From IMG/VR virus record IMGVR_UViG_3300029305_005988, positions 1-59,095 of that record: DNA of 59,095 nt; one strand, written 5' to 3'. The notes below the pieces were generated by a model. The model worked only from the letters and a program-made list of their open reading frames with translations, was not told the origin of the DNA and searched no databases. Source of the DNA: a virus. Taxonomy: Duplodnaviria > Heunggongvirae > Uroviricota > Caudoviricetes. Positions 35,366 to 46,640 of the stretch are shown here, piece by piece; the first letter of the stretch is position 1, and every line of letters begins with the position of its first letter. The position numbers and the translations under genes were made by a program.

Positions 35366-35884
35366 TTAAATCTTCATTCCAATGGATCTGGCAAAATTTA
35401 AAGCTTCACTATACTTCTCTTTATCAAAATTATCAACAATGTCTTTTGCAGCTTCTGCGTTCTTTGGCAAATCATCAACAATTTTGGATACAATTGCAGC
35501 CGCACTATTGCGATAATTCTTTTCAAGTTCTAAACACTCACTCAAAAAGTGACTTAATTCAAGCATCTCGCTTTCTTCAATATTTTCCATCACTTTTCCT
35601 AAGAGGCCCGATGTTTTAATTTTATCATAAAGTACTCCTTCATCAACTCTTTCCTCAACCTCAAATAAAATATCAGTATAAAGATACATAATATTTAATT
35701 CAAAAAATGTTTGAAGTCTAATTGGATTATAAATACCATTAGTAACAGATTTTTGAAGAGCAATCATAATTAAATCAAATTTATCTTCAATTGGAAGATA
35801 TTTTAATACTTTAATTTCATTACCGTTAAAGTTAAAAGTATTATATTCATTTATTAATTTAATATCTAAATCTTTAAAATTCAT
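35366..35884 (-). CDS. Hypothetical protein (possible tail assembly factor); no TAG
   Basis: AAGGAG RBS, 172 aa, directly upstream of the tape measure gene. Confidence 0.75.
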   Translation of the reverse strand: MNFKDLDIKLINEYNTFNFNGNEIKVLKYLPIEDKFDLIMIALQKSVTNGIYNPIRLQTFFELNIMYLYTDILFEVEERVDEGVLYDKIKTSGLLGKVMENIEESEMLELSHFLSECLELEKNYRNSAAAIVSKIVDDLPKNAEAAKDIVDNFDKEKYSEALNFARSIGMKI

Positions 35885-35925
35885 ATTAATTAATCTCCTT
35901 TTATCTCGATTTGTTTTCTATATAT

Positions 35926-35954
35926 ATTATAGAAAAAATTTTTTAACTTGTCAA
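35926..35954 (-). promoter_or_regulatory. sigmaA-type promoter
   Basis: TTGACA-17-TATAAT on the - strand. Confidence 0.85.
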
Positions 35955-35955
35955 G

Positions 35956-37671
35956 TTACAATATGCGTTTTGCCAAAGAAACAGAGATATTTTTCTATCT
36001 TGCCTCATATAATAATTTTGTGTTTCTTAATGCAGCTTCTTTTTTATTTGGACTATTATCAATAGAGTTTTCCCATGTATTTTCAAATAGCGTGTTTGAA
36101 AAATTAGGTGTAGTTCTTATAGCAGAAAAATCTTGATTATCTAAAATATCTAAGACTATTGATCCCATACTATATACTTTAACTGGAGGAAGTTCTCCTT
36201 TTTTTGCGCCACTGTTTTTATTATATACAACTAATAGCTATGCTTCTCGACCTCTTCTTCCCTAATTATAACCAGTTAATGCACTAAATAATAAATTTAT
36301 TTTTAAAGCATTCTTTGCCTTCTCTCTTAAACCATTAACTTGCTGAGCATAAGAAGATTCTTGTCCCTCACTTGGATGTTCTGCATAAATATTTAGAATA
36401 TGTTCCATAAAATAGTCAGAAGGAGCATCTGCAAGATAATTTAATAAGAAACCAGAGTCTTGTAAAGTAATTCCATTTCCTGTTTCCAAATTATAGTTTT
36501 TAAAAGACATTCCAAGTTTTTTCTTTTTATTATCAATAGTAACTGTCAATTCTGCATCAGCTTTTCCCTAAGCGCTGACTTGTGGTTTTAAAGAATATTG
36601 TACATTATTACTATTTTTATTTACTTTCTAAATATAAGATTCAATATGTCTTTTTGCTTTCTCTTTTTCTTCATCTATTGCCTTTTGAGTAGCTGATAAA
36701 AAATCCTAATCTAAAAGTCTGACCTGTGCATCTATAAAAGTTTTTTGATTTTTAACTCTAGTATGAGTTTTTCCAGAATTAGTGTTTCCTTTTTTTGCCC
36801 AGTTCTAAATTTCTTTTGCTAGCTTTTCTTCTGCAATTGGTTTTGCGTATGATCCTGCTATGTTACCAACTAATTCTGCATAAATCCAAGATAAGTTTTT
36901 ATTAATTTCACTTATTCCTGATAAAGCATTTTTTATATTTGAAATATAAGAAAATATTGCGTTGGCAATATCTAACTCTTGTCCTTCTACTGTTCGAGTA
37001 TATTCAATAGGAATTGAGTCTTTTCTTTCTAAGGTTTTTATAGTTGGATTATTTAACCAATCTTCGTTTTCTATATCTTTTTTAATATCTTTTAATGCAT
37101 CTATCGACTTCTATACAGATTTTATTTGCTCTTCTGAAAATGTCTCTAAAAGAATTTTTAAAAAACTATTTATTTTTTCTAAAGCTTTACTTTTTACACG
37201 ATAAATTGAGGCATCCCCAGGTGACCAGGTATAAAATGCAGTTTTTTTAGAGTCAAAAAAATTATTGGTTCCAGTATATTTATATACTCCAGAAACCTCG
37301 TCCCATTCTAACTTTTGCAAAATTTCTTCTGCGGTTTGAATATCCACTTTTTTACCCAACTACTAAATATATGCAATTAAAGCTTTATGTGCCTCAGAAT
37401 TCGGATCATTTTTTGCCGCTTGTAAAAGAGTTTGCATCTATTTATTTTGATTTTTTATTCTTCTATTTAAAATTATCTAAATTCTTTTTGCATCTTCAGA
37501 AGAGATAAAAAGAGGATTATTAGCAATTTGATTTTTAATACTTTCTATATGTGTTTCCATTAAAGCTCTTTCAATTGCATCTGAACCACCATAATTTTTA
37601 ATATAATCACTGGCGTAATAATAAGTATAAAACCAACCATGCGCAGATCTGTATTTTTCTCTTTTTTTCAT
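35956..37671 (-). CDS. Hypothetical tail-region protein, 571 aa (many TAG)
   Basis: Fragments at 37671, 37359 and 36549 share one frame; ends in TAA at 35956. Confidence 0.75.
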
Positions 37672-37698
37672 CTCTCTCTCCTTATCTATAAAATAAAA

Positions 37699-37727
37699 GG
37701 AAGGTGGCGCCGGGCGCGCCTCCTTCC
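37699..37727 (-). terminator. Hairpin terminator after the major tail gene
   Basis: Imperfect GC-rich stem GGAAGG..GCGC..GCGC..CCTTCC. Confidence 0.6.
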
Positions 37728-37748
37728 TCCATAAAGTGCTTATTTAAA

Positions 37749-38630
37749 TCAGACGTAATCTTCGTCAAATACTGAATCAACAACGATATTTCCGCCAACA
37801 GCATCCTCAATAATTTGAACTGCGCAAAGAACTTTACGAGTCTTATCAAAGAATGTGTAATCAGGCATTGCATCCATTGTGAAAGTAAATGTTGAAGGAT
37901 CGCCAGTTGCCGCCATGCTGAAAGTAAAGTTAGATTGAATCTTAACCTTAGGAAGTGTTAATTCTGCAGGCATATCAACTCCATCCTTCTTTCTCTTGAA
38001 TAGGCAGTTGGCTTCAACATAAAAGTAGCCAGCAAAAGTTTCAGCGTCAATTTGAAGCTCACTTACTTTACCAGCATCTTTTAAAATGTAGAAATCTACA
38101 AATGCTGTTTTTCCTTCTAAACCAGTTACCGTAATGGTAGTTTTTTCAGCTGTTGCTGTTGCTGTTTTAGGTTCACCTACAATATCGTCTCCATCCATCT
38201 CTAAAACATAAATAGGAGATACTGTATCAAGTTCTTCTGTGCCATCATACGCAGATAAAGCGTTAGCTAAATCAACTTTACCTTCATCATCAAAAGAGAC
38301 GGTTGCCGTTGCATGAACATGAACCTTTTCAGAGTCACCTTCCTTACCCTTGAAAAGACCTGCTCCAGAAAGAATAGCAAATCCAATAGGAGAAAGAAGA
38401 GCATCTTCAACAGTAAATGTTAAAGTCTTCTCTCCTTCCCAAGCAAGTAATCTTGAATTTCCACGTCCACCGGTTGCATAAACTGTTGTAGCAGCACCTT
38501 CAAGAGTAGAAGTTTTTGCACTATCGATATAAAGGACGGGTTGACCGGCTTGGAAAGTAGTATTACCAATCTTAACCTGTGACTTAGCCTTGAAAACGAC
38601 ATTGCATATTTCGCGTACGCCAAATTTCAT
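37749..38630 (-). CDS. Major tail (tube) protein; no TAG
   Basis: MKFGVREI..GGRGN..LLAWEGEKTLTFTVEDAL..FSMAATGDPSTFTF; position between connectors and tape measure. Confidence 0.75.
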   Translation of the reverse strand: MKFGVREICNVVFKAKSQVKIGNTTFQAGQPVLYIDSAKTSTLEGAATTVYATGGRGNSRLLAWEGEKTLTFTVEDALLSPIGFAILSGAGLFKGKEGDSEKVHVHATATVSFDDEGKVDLANALSAYDGTEELDTVSPIYVLEMDGDDIVGEPKTATATAEKTTITVTGLEGKTAFVDFYILKDAGKVSELQIDAETFAGYFYVEANCLFKRKKDGVDMPAELTLPKVKIQSNFTFSMAATGDPSTFTFTMDAMPDYTFFDKTRKVLCAVQIIEDAVGGNIVVDSVFDEDYV

Positions 38631-38668
38631 AGGACTTATCCTCCTTATAATTTTAATATTAAGAACTT

Positions 38669-39421
38669 TTATTCATGGAGGTCTTTCATCCAATCCTAAG
38701 GTTCTTCTAAATCTTTTGCCCCAGCCATGCGCGCCTATACATAACTATCAAAAGCTACTTTAAGCTCCCACCGCTGAAATTCATCAAATAATTGATAAAC
38801 AGTGTACTACATAAAAGAATTCATATCCTTATGCTATCCAACTGTTAATATCGAAATATATCTACTAAAGACTGCAATTTTCTTTTTACTAGTAGACGAC
38901 TATAATTCGGCAAGCTTTTGTTGTCTACGCTTAAACTTTTCCGCAATCTGTTTCGCTAATTCGCTCTACGCGTTATAAGTAGGCGCAGAGGATGCTTTTT
39001 TTAAACAAAACATCTAATTTAAGATATCTTTAAAAGCATCAAAATTCTCTGAATTAATTTCTCCACACAAAGTAGTGCTATCATTCCGATCAACAAGTAA
39101 AATTGCCATTGGAGTATAAATAACTTCATACAATGGGAAAATTAATTCTAACACTTGTTTTGCACAAGATACATTAAATATCATTGATTCACTATTATCA
39201 TTCATTATCGACATTAATATATTAAAATCTTTCTAATTGATTAATCTATTTTTGTCCTCAATATTTAATATATCTTTGCTAAAACGCAACAATTCACAGC
39301 CAATAAATAAAGCCTCTTCTCCAAGCATAGAGATTTCATATAATTTTGGCTAGTGAATGGTTACAGTTCCTTCAACAAAAGGAATATCTGCTCCAGAGAG
39401 TAAAACCAACTCATTCTTCAA
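38669..39421 (-). CDS. Tail-region hypothetical protein, 250 aa (TAG-containing)
   Basis: LSGADIPF..TIH*PKL..; ends P*DWMKDLHE; TTG start inferred. Confidence 0.7.
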
Positions 39422-39980
39422 CAAAAGGAATCTTGTCCTCGCTTCCATGAATTGCCATATAGGTTAGCGCAAAAGCACTCCAATCCTCATTAAGAACCGC
39501 TTTACTACATCCTACAAAATTAATTTGACCAATACCGGTCAATTTACTCTTATTTAAAATACCATCAATCTAACCTAAAATTTTAAAAGGTCTTTGACGA
39601 TAGTTTCCAAGATGCCAATGGTCATGGTGGCAAACAACATCAATATGAATCATAGAATCTCTAAACTCTGGATTCGTTGCATTGGGTGTAAAGTTATCAA
39701 AATGAAGTCCCATAAAAGCCTTGATTTGAGCATGTTCTGGCAACTTAATAAGAGGATCCATATTAATATACTCTTCATCAATTAGCTTTTTTAATGTATA
39801 CTCACTTACATCATAATTCTTGTCAAGAACATCTGGCGCCTAAACTACTAATAATTTTTTAAGAGTCTCTCCATGTTGACAAGACTCAACAAAAAGCTTT
39901 CGTAAAATAAGCTCCGTATCTTTTTCACAAGAAAGAAATGATGAAGTTAATGGTTTTGTATCAATTAAATTTCTCTGCAT
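39411..39980 (-). CDS. Putative tail terminator/completion protein, 189 aa (TAG-containing)
   Basis: SSFLSCEKDTELILRKLF..; AAGGAG RBS; functional call from position only. Confidence 0.65.
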
Positions 39981-39997
39981 AACAAACTCCTTTTATC

Positions 39998-41023
39998 TCA
40001 TAATGAAAGTATATTAATATTATAAGTAATATCATTCATACCTTCAACTCTATATATTAAGCTAACACTACCACTTCTGCCAGTAGTAATCTCAACTACA
40101 ACAGAAGAATCATTAGAACTCTTAATGCGGGCGCGCTTGTTGCTTAAAAACCACTGACCACCAGTTGCATTAAGAATGCTATAGGAAGCGATGTCATAAG
40201 GATATACCTCATTTGGCCCTTCAATGCTTGGAGAAACAGGCGCTGGTGCCTGTTTAAGACCAAATGTAGCTGGCGTTTCTGGTTCAGACTAGATAATATC
40301 TTCTTCAACCTGGTCCGGCGCATCTTCCCATTTATTCTCATAATCTTCTTTTAAATAAACAATCAAAATACCATCAGTTGAATATCTGTCAACTGCTTGT
40401 ACTTCCCAATTTTTCCCTAAGACTTTACATTTTTTAAATCTTTGAAAGAACTCATTTGATTCTATTGTCTTAGTAATATAAATTTCTAACGAATAATTCA
40501 AATCGTTAAAAATAAAACGCTTAGATTTTTGCCAATCGATTCCTTTCTCATCAGGACCCTTAAGATAGAAGTAATAATCTACTCCATTAATAGAAATAGG
40601 CTCAGATTCACATTGGCGCATTTGACCTCTAAAATAGGCAGTCTCTTGTAAATACTAAGAATAAACAATCCAATAAGTATCTCTATCTTCTGTTTTTCCT
40701 TTCCACTTTACAACATCACCAACGGCTAAATCAATCTTCTACTTACCAGTTGAAGTAATTTCACCTTCGGGTTTTTCTGTATTGAGACAGATATCTTCAA
40801 AAGGTATTGAAATAACTTTATCGTCTGCTTCCATTGTAAGTTTGTTTGGATTAATTAAACATCTAAACTAATTGCCGTTTTTAACTAATTCAATAGTTGC
40901 AGACTAATACGAATAAAGTAATGCCTTATTTAAGCTTCGTTCTTTATCCGCAATCATTCGGTCTATCTATCGCGCGCCGCCGCGATAGTTTAATCTTTTT
41001 TGTAAATCCGTTAAACCTGACAT
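39998..41023 (-). CDS. Putative head-closure/connector protein, 341 aa (TAG-containing)
   Basis: MSGLTDL..KALLYSY*SA..WEVQAVDRYS; single frame through the fragment at 40621. Confidence 0.7.
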
Positions 41024-41328
41024 ATTTTATTTAACTCACTTAATAGATTTAAACATTCAAAAATAATTCCTCGATATAATAAGAAATCATTTTTTTCAGT
41101 TAAATTAAAAAGTCCTTCAAGCTTACAGATTAAAGTAAATAAAACAGTATGTTGACCGAAAAACAAACTGTCCATTCCAGACAACTCCTCTAAGATAGTG
41201 GTTAAAGGTTTCTACCAATCGGCGCCCTCTTCTCTTATTGGGAGCAATTTATAAACTTGATTTGTTAATCTCTTAAGATTTGCTTGAATTGCATTGTTAT
41301 CAATATTAAAATCGTACTTTAACAGCAT
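41011..41328 (-). CDS. Hypothetical head-tail region protein, 105 aa (1 TAG; missing from the ORF track)
   Basis: GGAG RBS; ..YKLLPIREEGADW*KPL.. Confidence 0.75.
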
Positions 41329-41340
41329 GGCAATATCTCC

Positions 41341-41955
41341 TTACTATAAAGCTTTTCCGCCAGAGATAATTACCTCTTCATCATCAGTAGGATTAGTGTT
41401 TGCTTGATTTCCAACAAATTGTTGCAATCCTTTTACTTCTTCATTTAATTTTTCAATTGCGTTTTTAGCGGCAACACTGTCTATGAAAACAGGTGTTTGA
41501 GGAGGATCCATTATACTTCCAAAAGTAGATCTCATAACTCCATTTATATCTGCTTTTCTTCGCTTATATAGTCTTTGCAAATGGAATCCTTTTCTCTCAT
41601 ATTCCTTTTGCATATCTTTGAGCTTATGCATATGATTAGCCTAAGAAGTAAACTTAAAATCACTACCACTATATTTCATGCGAACTAGTTCAATATTTGC
41701 TAACTATTGTCCAATCCACTCAACGATCATATAGATTGAGATAATTTTAATCTCTTCATAAGTTAAATTTGCTTTATACATGCCAAACTCTTTATCATAA
41801 CTAAATAAATCAAAACGAGGAAACTCAAACCACGGTAAGGCGCTTTCAAAAAGATTAAACAGCATACTTTCTGTTTCTTCTTTTGTTAATTCCATATACA
41901 TATCATCTGTAATCTAATCAAGAAAGCTGTTATAAATAACATTTAAATCAGTCAT
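41341..41955 (-). CDS. Putative head-tail adaptor, 204 aa (TAG-containing; ends TAG-TAA)
   Basis: FLD*ITDDMYMELT..DFKFTS*ANHM; GAGGAGG RBS. Confidence 0.7.
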
Positions 41956-42917
41956 GTCGTTGCCTCCTCATTTAATACAGAGTCTGCTCCGCCTCCGCCT
42001 AATTCAAATTTATAATCTGTTTTATCAGATGTATTATCTAAAGTCTATAAGGCGTCTACTGCTTTTTCTAAATCTTTAACACGATTATCAAGTTCAGTTG
42101 CAAAATCACTGTCATCTTGACTTTCTACTGGAAGTTCAGGACGAGAACCAAGATTTTTATATACTATAAAAGATGATGGAAAAGTCTGCCAAACATAACT
42201 TACAGACTAGGTTTCTTTTGCAAAGCTGTTTAAAACAGAAATGGCAAACTTAACCTCTCCAGGAGCTCTCATTGCAGCTTTAGGAACATCCCATATTAAT
42301 CTAATCCAATCAATTCCACTTTCGGGTTCAGGATTAGCATCATCAACTTCTACGTCGTTTGACGATAAAAATTCTAATGTTTTTCCAGTGTTTGGATCAT
42401 AAATAGGCTCAAAATCTGCTGGTATATAATCTACCCATACAGTTTTTGTTTCATCCAAAAAAGATATTCCATCATAAGATTTCTAAATATAGAAAATAAT
42501 CTATTGAGAATTTAAATCCTATGCTAAAATTGGTGTAGTAATCTCCCCAATTCTTCTTTCTTTAATATAAATTGGAGCATGTTCATCTACTAATCCTGAA
42601 GAAAATTCAAAAGATCCAAGATCAATTATTTTCTAAGTAGCATTTTCAACATCTTCTATTACGGTTAATTTTCCCGTATATCCTCCAGCAGGAATATTTT
42701 CTTTAGAGCTTATTAAATAGCAATTTAAACCCAAAGAAAACTTATCTTGCTTTTCATCTCTAATTAAAATACAATTAAACTCTTGCTTAGCAGTATTTGT
42801 TAATATAAGAGTTTGTGGTATATAATTACTTATAATAAATATTTTAGTTGTAGTTAAAGACGCAGAATTTGTCTCTGTTATTTTAACGGAATCAAGTGAT
42901 GGTATAATAATATTCAT
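41952..42917 (-). CDS. Structural protein with a BppU-like domain, 321 aa (TAG-containing)
   Basis: Fragments at 42917 and 42458 are in frame; ..WDVPKAAMRAPGEVKFAISV..W*TFPS. Confidence 0.6.
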
Positions 42918-42943
42918 TATTAATCACCCCTTTTCTTTATATA

Positions 42944-43522
42944 TTATTCTTTGACGATAGTATACTTAGGCGCGCTCATGCGTCTTGTAGGTGTTTCAGA
43001 CTTATTTTCAACAGCATCTTCAGTTAAAGGGGTTGCGCGTCTTGTTTTTACTTCGGTTTTAACTGCAGTTTCACTTAAGCGTCTAATTTCAATAGCCTTA
43101 GTAACATCAAAGTTTGTTTTCTCTAATATAGCCTCTCTCTTGCGCATATCATTAAGATTGGTCTTAACAGCTTCATCTTTAATTAGTTGAACGACACCCT
43201 CTGGCGCAAAGTCAAGAGCATCATAAAGCTGATCAAGTGTACCACGCTCTAAAAGAAACTCTACATCCTTAGTATTATAAAAATATTCGGGCTCAGCATT
43301 AGGTAGCAATTCATCGACTGCTTCTTTGCTATGAATAATTAAATCACTTTCAATTAATCTTCTAGTGCCGGGAATTTGAATCGCTTGACGCAATTCTCCC
43401 ATAGAAACTTCTTTTACTTCATTTCCAACAAAACGTCTAATAGTATTGGATTCTGGCACATGATACGAAACAATAGAATTAGATCTATTTTCAATTCTAA
43501 TTTTATCAGTGTTATTTAACAT
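42944..43522 (-). CDS. Hypothetical protein following the capsid gene; no TAG
   Basis: AAGGAG RBS, 192 aa. Confidence 0.8.
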   Translation of the reverse strand: MLNNTDKIRIENRSNSIVSYHVPESNTIRRFVGNEVKEVSMGELRQAIQIPGTRRLIESDLIIHSKEAVDELLPNAEPEYFYNTKDVEFLLERGTLDQLYDALDFAPEGVVQLIKDEAVKTNLNDMRKREAILEKTNFDVTKAIEIRRLSETAVKTEVKTRRATPLTEDAVENKSETPTRRMSAPKYTIVKE

Positions 43523-43554
43523 ATTTTTAACTCCTTTTATCTCCTAAAAAATTT

Positions 43555-43589
43555 AAGAGGGAAGGGAAGTATATCTTCTCTTCCCTCTT
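43555..43589 (-). terminator. Hairpin terminator after the capsid gene
   Basis: AAGAGGGAAGGGAAG-N5-CTTCTCTTCCCTCTT. Confidence 0.7.
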
Positions 43590-43601
43590 GCTTTATCTTA
43601 A

Positions 43602-44639
43602 TTATCTATCAAGTGTGAGAGATGTGTTTTGATAAACACAAATATCATTATTAACGATAGCGGCAACTCCAACCTTCTTATAGAAGTGAATGCCCTTAGA
43701 CCAGTCATCATTATCCTCTTCCTTAATGCAAGTATCACCTTCAAAGGCAATCTTAACAGGCTTTTCAGCTCCGCCAGGAATAATCCAAGCATAAGCAGGA
43801 TCAATGACTTTCTTTGTATTTGTTTCATCAGTGAAAGACTGACGAAGAACAATTACTTGATGTCCCTTGTAATTACCAAGGTAACCATTTGCCCACATTT
43901 GATCCTTCATTGTGTCAGATACCCAACCCTCTGCAGGAATCATTGTAGATGCAAACTCAAATGTGCAATAGATCGTAGATCTGCCATTACCATAAGAATC
44001 GGCAACTGCAAGAAGCGCATCCATTTCACCTTCATCAAACTTATCAGTCTTAAACTTATTCGCAGTCTGAATTGTCTCAACAGTTGCGATAAGAGCATTA
44101 GCGATTTCAAGATAAATCTTGTCATCCATACCCTCCATAATAATGTCGATAAGGGTAGCCATATCAACGCGTCCATCAAGGAATTCCTCAATAGCGATTT
44201 GACAAGCTGCACCGATAGCCGATGTAGTTACTTCGTAGCTACGACCATCAAGCTTGAAAACTTCATAACGACCAGCAGAACCAACCTTGGTTACGAATTG
44301 CTTTGCACGTCTACGAGAAGCCTCAGTAATCTTTTGAGTAAAGATAGGCTTTTCACCCTGTTTATAAGTTTTAATTTCAGCGAAGGCGCCATATTGTTGC
44401 ATAACCTTGGCAGGAAGTTTATCTGTGATAATTTCTTCCATAAGTGCAAACACAACATTATGATTTTCTCTCCAAAGAGCATATGAACCAACAAGCTCTT
44501 TTAACTCATTACGAAGAGCTTGGTTTAAATCTGCATAACTATAATTAGTGCCGCTAAACGAGTATGCAACGGGAGCAGAAGGATTAGCGCCTGCTGTCTG
44601 CATTGCTAATGTACGTAAATCTTCTCTATTTAATGCCAT
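43602..44639 (-). CDS. Major capsid protein; no TAG
   Basis: 345 aa in the portal-protease-decoration-capsid order; followed by a terminator. Confidence 0.8.
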   Translation of the reverse strand: MALNREDLRTLAMQTAGANPSAPVAYSFSGTNYSYADLNQALRNELKELVGSYALWRENHNVVFALMEEIITDKLPAKVMQQYGAFAEIKTYKQGEKPIFTQKITEASRRRAKQFVTKVGSAGRYEVFKLDGRSYEVTTSAIGAACQIAIEEFLDGRVDMATLIDIIMEGMDDKIYLEIANALIATVETIQTANKFKTDKFDEGEMDALLAVADSYGNGRSTIYCTFEFASTMIPAEGWVSDTMKDQMWANGYLGNYKGHQVIVLRQSFTDETNTKKVIDPAYAWIIPGGAEKPVKIAFEGDTCIKEEDNDDWSKGIHFYKKVGVAAIVNNDICVYQNTSLTLDR

Positions 44640-44659
44640 TACTATTTCCCTCCCTTTTA

Positions 44660-45181
44660 TTATTGAATACGCATAACCTTGATGCCTTGTTGGCCATCAG
44701 GCATTGTATAAACTTTTACAACTTGGAATACAATATCGCTAGTACCTTCGGTAGAAAGGAAACCTTGAGCGTTAATCTTAAGCTCGGTTCCAACATCAAT
44801 TTCCTCAGTACCAACAAGTTCAGCCTTACCAGAAGTATTTCCCTTCTCAAGGCAGTTTGTAGTGTAAATATCTCCAACATGAGTTGCAAGAACTCTAGGA
44901 ACCATAATTCCATCATCATAATTTGTCTTTACAAGAGCAAAATCTTTATAAGACTCTCTTGCATCATAAATTTTAACTTCATTCATAACGAGCATCCACT
45001 CGCCGGCGCCTGTGAAGTTAACTTCGCCAGTTTTATAGTCATACTTTACGAACTGACCATTCTCAAGAATAGCGATATCCTTATTACAAGGAAGTTGTGC
45101 GTAAACTTGACCATTTCTTTGAGCGGATAAATGATTAGGCTCAACCTGACCAAATCCAATACGCTTAATAGTAGTAGCCAT
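44660..45181 (-). CDS. Capsid decoration/cement-like protein; no TAG
   Basis: 173 aa between scaffold and capsid genes; GQVEPNHL..GDIYTTN. Confidence 0.65.
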   Translation of the reverse strand: MATTIKRIGFGQVEPNHLSAQRNGQVYAQLPCNKDIAILENGQFVKYDYKTGEVNFTGAGEWMLVMNEVKIYDARESYKDFALVKTNYDDGIMVPRVLATHVGDIYTTNCLEKGNTSGKAELVGTEEIDVGTELKINAQGFLSTEGTSDIVFQVVKVYTMPDGQQGIKVMRIQ

Positions 45182-45201
45182 GCTATATGTCCTCCTTAAA
45201 A

Positions 45202-46623
45202 TTATTGATTTTTCGCATTATCGACTGCTTTTAACCAGTCGGGCTTAGAAGCAACGCCAAGGTCGGACACATTAAATGTCACAGCTGGTTGCTCTATTTT
45301 ATTATTAATTTTAGAGTTATCCTCTAATTCAAAATTGACCTTTTTTCTGAAACAAATTACAGAAAGTTTTTCTTCAATTTCTTCTACAGTGTAATTAGCT
45401 TTGTTTGAAATAATATCTGCCTTATCATCATCGCTAAGCATGTAGAATTTTCCAATCATTTCATCTTTCTTTGCATCGTCACTTAGTCTTTTAAATTCAA
45501 CAAGTTCTGCATGCGCAGTTTCAAGAGTTGAGAATCTAGATTGAAGATCATTGTGGACAGACTCAAGAGTAGAGAATCTACTCTGAAGATCTGCATACTC
45601 TGCTTGAAGCGCAGTAAACTGCTCCTCTATAGAAGGCGCGGACGCCGGTTCAGGATCCATAGGAGTAGGTTCAGCCGCAGGTTCTGGATCTGCAACTGGC
45701 TCAACTACAGGTTCATCCACAACAGGCTCAGTCACAGGCTCTTCAGCAACGACTGGCGCATCTTCAACAACTGGCTCTTGTGATGCAGCAAAAGAAGGTT
45801 CTGCTGGTGTCTCAGGCTCTGGCTCAAAGCTAGGTTCAACAACCGGCTCAAACTCAGGCTCAGCGCTAAACTCAACTACAGGCTCCTCGACAACAACATT
45901 TTCAACAACATCGTTGTTCATTTGCTGACCTCCTTGTAATGCAGTTTGAAGTTCCTGCATCATAGTAAATAATGTTTGTCTAAAGGTATCGTCTACCTTT
46001 GTAAAAGACGCACTAACATTTGGCGCAGTAACACTAGCGCCTTCGAAACAAGGCTCAATGTCATCGCCCAAAATGCAAAGTTTTGAAAAAATTGCGTCAT
46101 TTATAATAAAGAAATCCATGCCACGAGTATTGGTTTCCCAGTGCCCTTGTAAGGTATCTTCATCCAATTCCATTGATTGCGGCTTGCCATCACTCTCAAC
46201 GGCGGACTTACACTCTTCAAATTGACCGGTCCACAAATATCCAGTAGTCATTAGATACTCTCTCAAAATAGTTTCTCCAAAATCATTGGTATCTTCAAAT
46301 TCTTTAAACCATACCTTTGCGTCTGGAGCTACAAAACCATAAGGAACGGTTTTGCAGTTAAATTTAATGCCCTCGTCATCAATAATAACTTCACGGCCAT
46401 GGTCTCTAAAGTCTTCTTTTTCTTCCTTATAATAACCAACAATGGGCGCGCCGCGTAATGTCTTCGCCATTTCCGTTGCGACATCTTTGGTAATATAGGA
46501 TCTGTTTCGATTTTCACCGACATATAAGACCTTAATCTCACAGGCGCTCATAAGTGGATTGATATCAAGGGGTTGTAAATTGATAAACTCAGGAGAGCTT
46601 ATCGTAGCAACTGATTTATGCAT
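45202..46623 (-). CDS. Prohead protease fused to an acidic scaffold; no TAG
   Basis: N-terminal VLYVGENRN..PIVG..DHG..QSMEL; Pro/Glu-rich linker; coiled-coil tail. Confidence 0.78.
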   Translation of the reverse strand: MHKSVATISSPEFINLQPLDINPLMSACEIKVLYVGENRNRSYITKDVATEMAKTLRGAPIVGYYKEEKEDFRDHGREVIIDDEGIKFNCKTVPYGFVAPDAKVWFKEFEDTNDFGETILREYLMTTGYLWTGQFEECKSAVESDGKPQSMELDEDTLQGHWETNTRGMDFFIINDAIFSKLCILGDDIEPCFEGASVTAPNVSASFTKVDDTFRQTLFTMMQELQTALQGGQQMNNDVVENVVVEEPVVEFSAEPEFEPVVEPSFEPEPETPAEPSFAASQEPVVEDAPVVAEEPVTEPVVDEPVVEPVADPEPAAEPTPMDPEPASAPSIEEQFTALQAEYADLQSRFSTLESVHNDLQSRFSTLETAHAELVEFKRLSDDAKKDEMIGKFYMLSDDDKADIISNKANYTVEEIEEKLSVICFRKKVNFELEDNSKINNKIEQPAVTFNVSDLGVASKPDWLKAVDNAKNQ

Positions 46624-46640
46624 TTGCGTTTCTCCTCTCC

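Noticed and set aside
43629-44486. Long antisense ORFs in the track (e.g. 43629-44486+, 9703-10206+, 19795-20304+, 44603-45130+)
   Set aside because: Shadows of genuine minus-strand genes, with no RBS and no recognisable protein motifs.
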